Below, one piece after another: positions 63,088 through 64,000 of a stretch of DNA of 64,000 bases. The DNA is from Tetramitus jugosus (taxonomy: Eukaryota; Protista; Heterolobosea): NCBI GenBank assembly GCA_937625935.1, contig OW569345.1, forward strand, positions 620,001 through 684,000, given 5' to 3'. A program made the translations under genes and the position numbers. Each line of letters starts with the position of its first letter. The first letter of the stretch is position 1. Below the pieces are notes generated by a model. It made no database searches and was not told the origin of the DNA. It saw only the letters and a list, made by a program, of their open reading frames with translations.

Positions 63088-63783
63088 AAGTATATATCTT
63101 TGATTGATTAGTTTGATTCAATTACTTACACTTCTCCCTAGACGAGTTAATCGCATTTAAACCTAGTTGGAACTTCATGTTCCGGAAAGATCAAACTACA
63201 ACCGACACAAAATAACAAAATCCGCTAATATTCGTATTGTTCTATCTTCATGTTCTTGTGTTGTTCCATCGCATAAGCCGAAATGGATAAAGGATATCCT
63301 CGGGTGGAGACTTTTAGGGATCCTATAAAACACGACTTCCTTTTTTGTTAAAAAATGATTGCGACTCGTGACGTTTATCGGAGAGTATTCACACTTGAAA
63401 CTTCGAAAGAATTATTCTTCAAACTTGAACAAACAACATGCAAGGTATCGTCAAAATTAAATTGTTTCATTTAGCAAACAAAATGTGGTAGAAAGTGAGT
63501 CAGAGACTCTAACTAATTCTTCTCACCATTCCAAGGTTAATTACGGTGATCATTGTTGAATACGATACAGACCAGGAGACAGGGTTTTAACTGCTGTGAA
63601 CCGAAGCAGTACATGGTGATGATACCAGGTGTGGTGGCAGGTCGTCGAATCGTGCTTTTGCGTATCAGTGTTGATCTTGAAGGTTCATCTTGGTTCAACT
63701 TGTTTGTATTTTTTCCGGTCAAAAGTCCACAATCTTCCAGAAAAAGAAAGAAACTCAGCAAGTCGATTCTCTTGTCATCAATA

Positions 63784-64000
63784 ATGTCATCCATGATTGA
63801 TGCTTATGTGGCTGTCTCTGAGGCAATGGAAAATATCGAAAGACGTGCTGCCAGAAAGAATGCAAAACTTTGGCAAGTCCAAGCACTGGCACCTTTCTCA
63901 ACTGAACTGTCTCGAATCCAAGCTCCAGTTATCATTGGAGGAAGTGTGCAACAATTGGAATACGACATGTATGGATTAAGATCTCAAAGACTGATGGTGG
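63784..64000 (+). CDS. 5' part of a gene running off the window
   Basis: Frame open to the window end: MSSMIDAYVAVSEAMENIERRAARKNAKLWQ...; also open upstream to ATG 63613. Confidence 0.45.
   Translation, partial: MSSMIDAYVAVSEAMENIERRAARKNAKLWQVQALAPFSTELSRIQAPVIIGGSVQQLEYDMYGLRSQRLMV

Noticed and set aside
63283-63590. Possible small spliced gene (MIATRDVY..., candidate introns of about 30 and 41 nt)
   Set aside because: Needs two very short introns, has an in-frame stop just upstream, and gives no recognisable product
1-64000. Prokaryotic origin or alternative genetic code
   Set aside because: Spliceosomal introns and eukaryote-specific genes are present, and TAA, TAG and TGA all end conserved proteins at expected positions

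Overview
Gene-dense, moderately AT-rich eukaryotic (protist) DNA in the standard genetic code. It holds about 33 protein genes, few short GT-AG introns (about 58-187 bp), very short intergenic gaps and many Asn/Ser/Thr/Gln low-complexity tracts. Gene content (flagellar WDR63 and B9D1, Tctex-1, an RCC1+EGF surface protein, several F-box genes) and architecture suggest a heterolobosean (Naegleria-like) amoeboflagellate; this is inference only. Recognisable genes: DNAI3/WDR63, TMEM19, DYNLT1 (4 exons, absent from the ORF track), VPS20, LETM1, a mitochondrial carrier, a CISD3-like protein, a Rab5/22-like GTPase, B9D1, ValRS, cystatin, C9orf78/Tls1, V-ATPase subunit a, tRNA-Leu(CAA) and an intronless tRNA-Tyr(GTA). 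Three observations stand out. (1) A Vps4/katanin-clade AAA ATPase carries a signal peptide and a type I C-terminal anchor, so it is predicted to be luminal or extracellular; it lies directly after VPS20. (2) A poly(A)-tailed, 5'-truncated retro-insertion flanked by 15-bp direct repeats sits about 54 bp upstream of tRNA-Leu, followed by an older degenerate copy, suggesting a tRNA-gene-targeting non-LTR element. (3) A bacterial-type DUF6150 (7_1 knot candidate) repeat protein. Also notable are a His-to-Cys CDGSH variant and several unusual domain fusions. All family calls come from motif recognition by eye, with no database searches.
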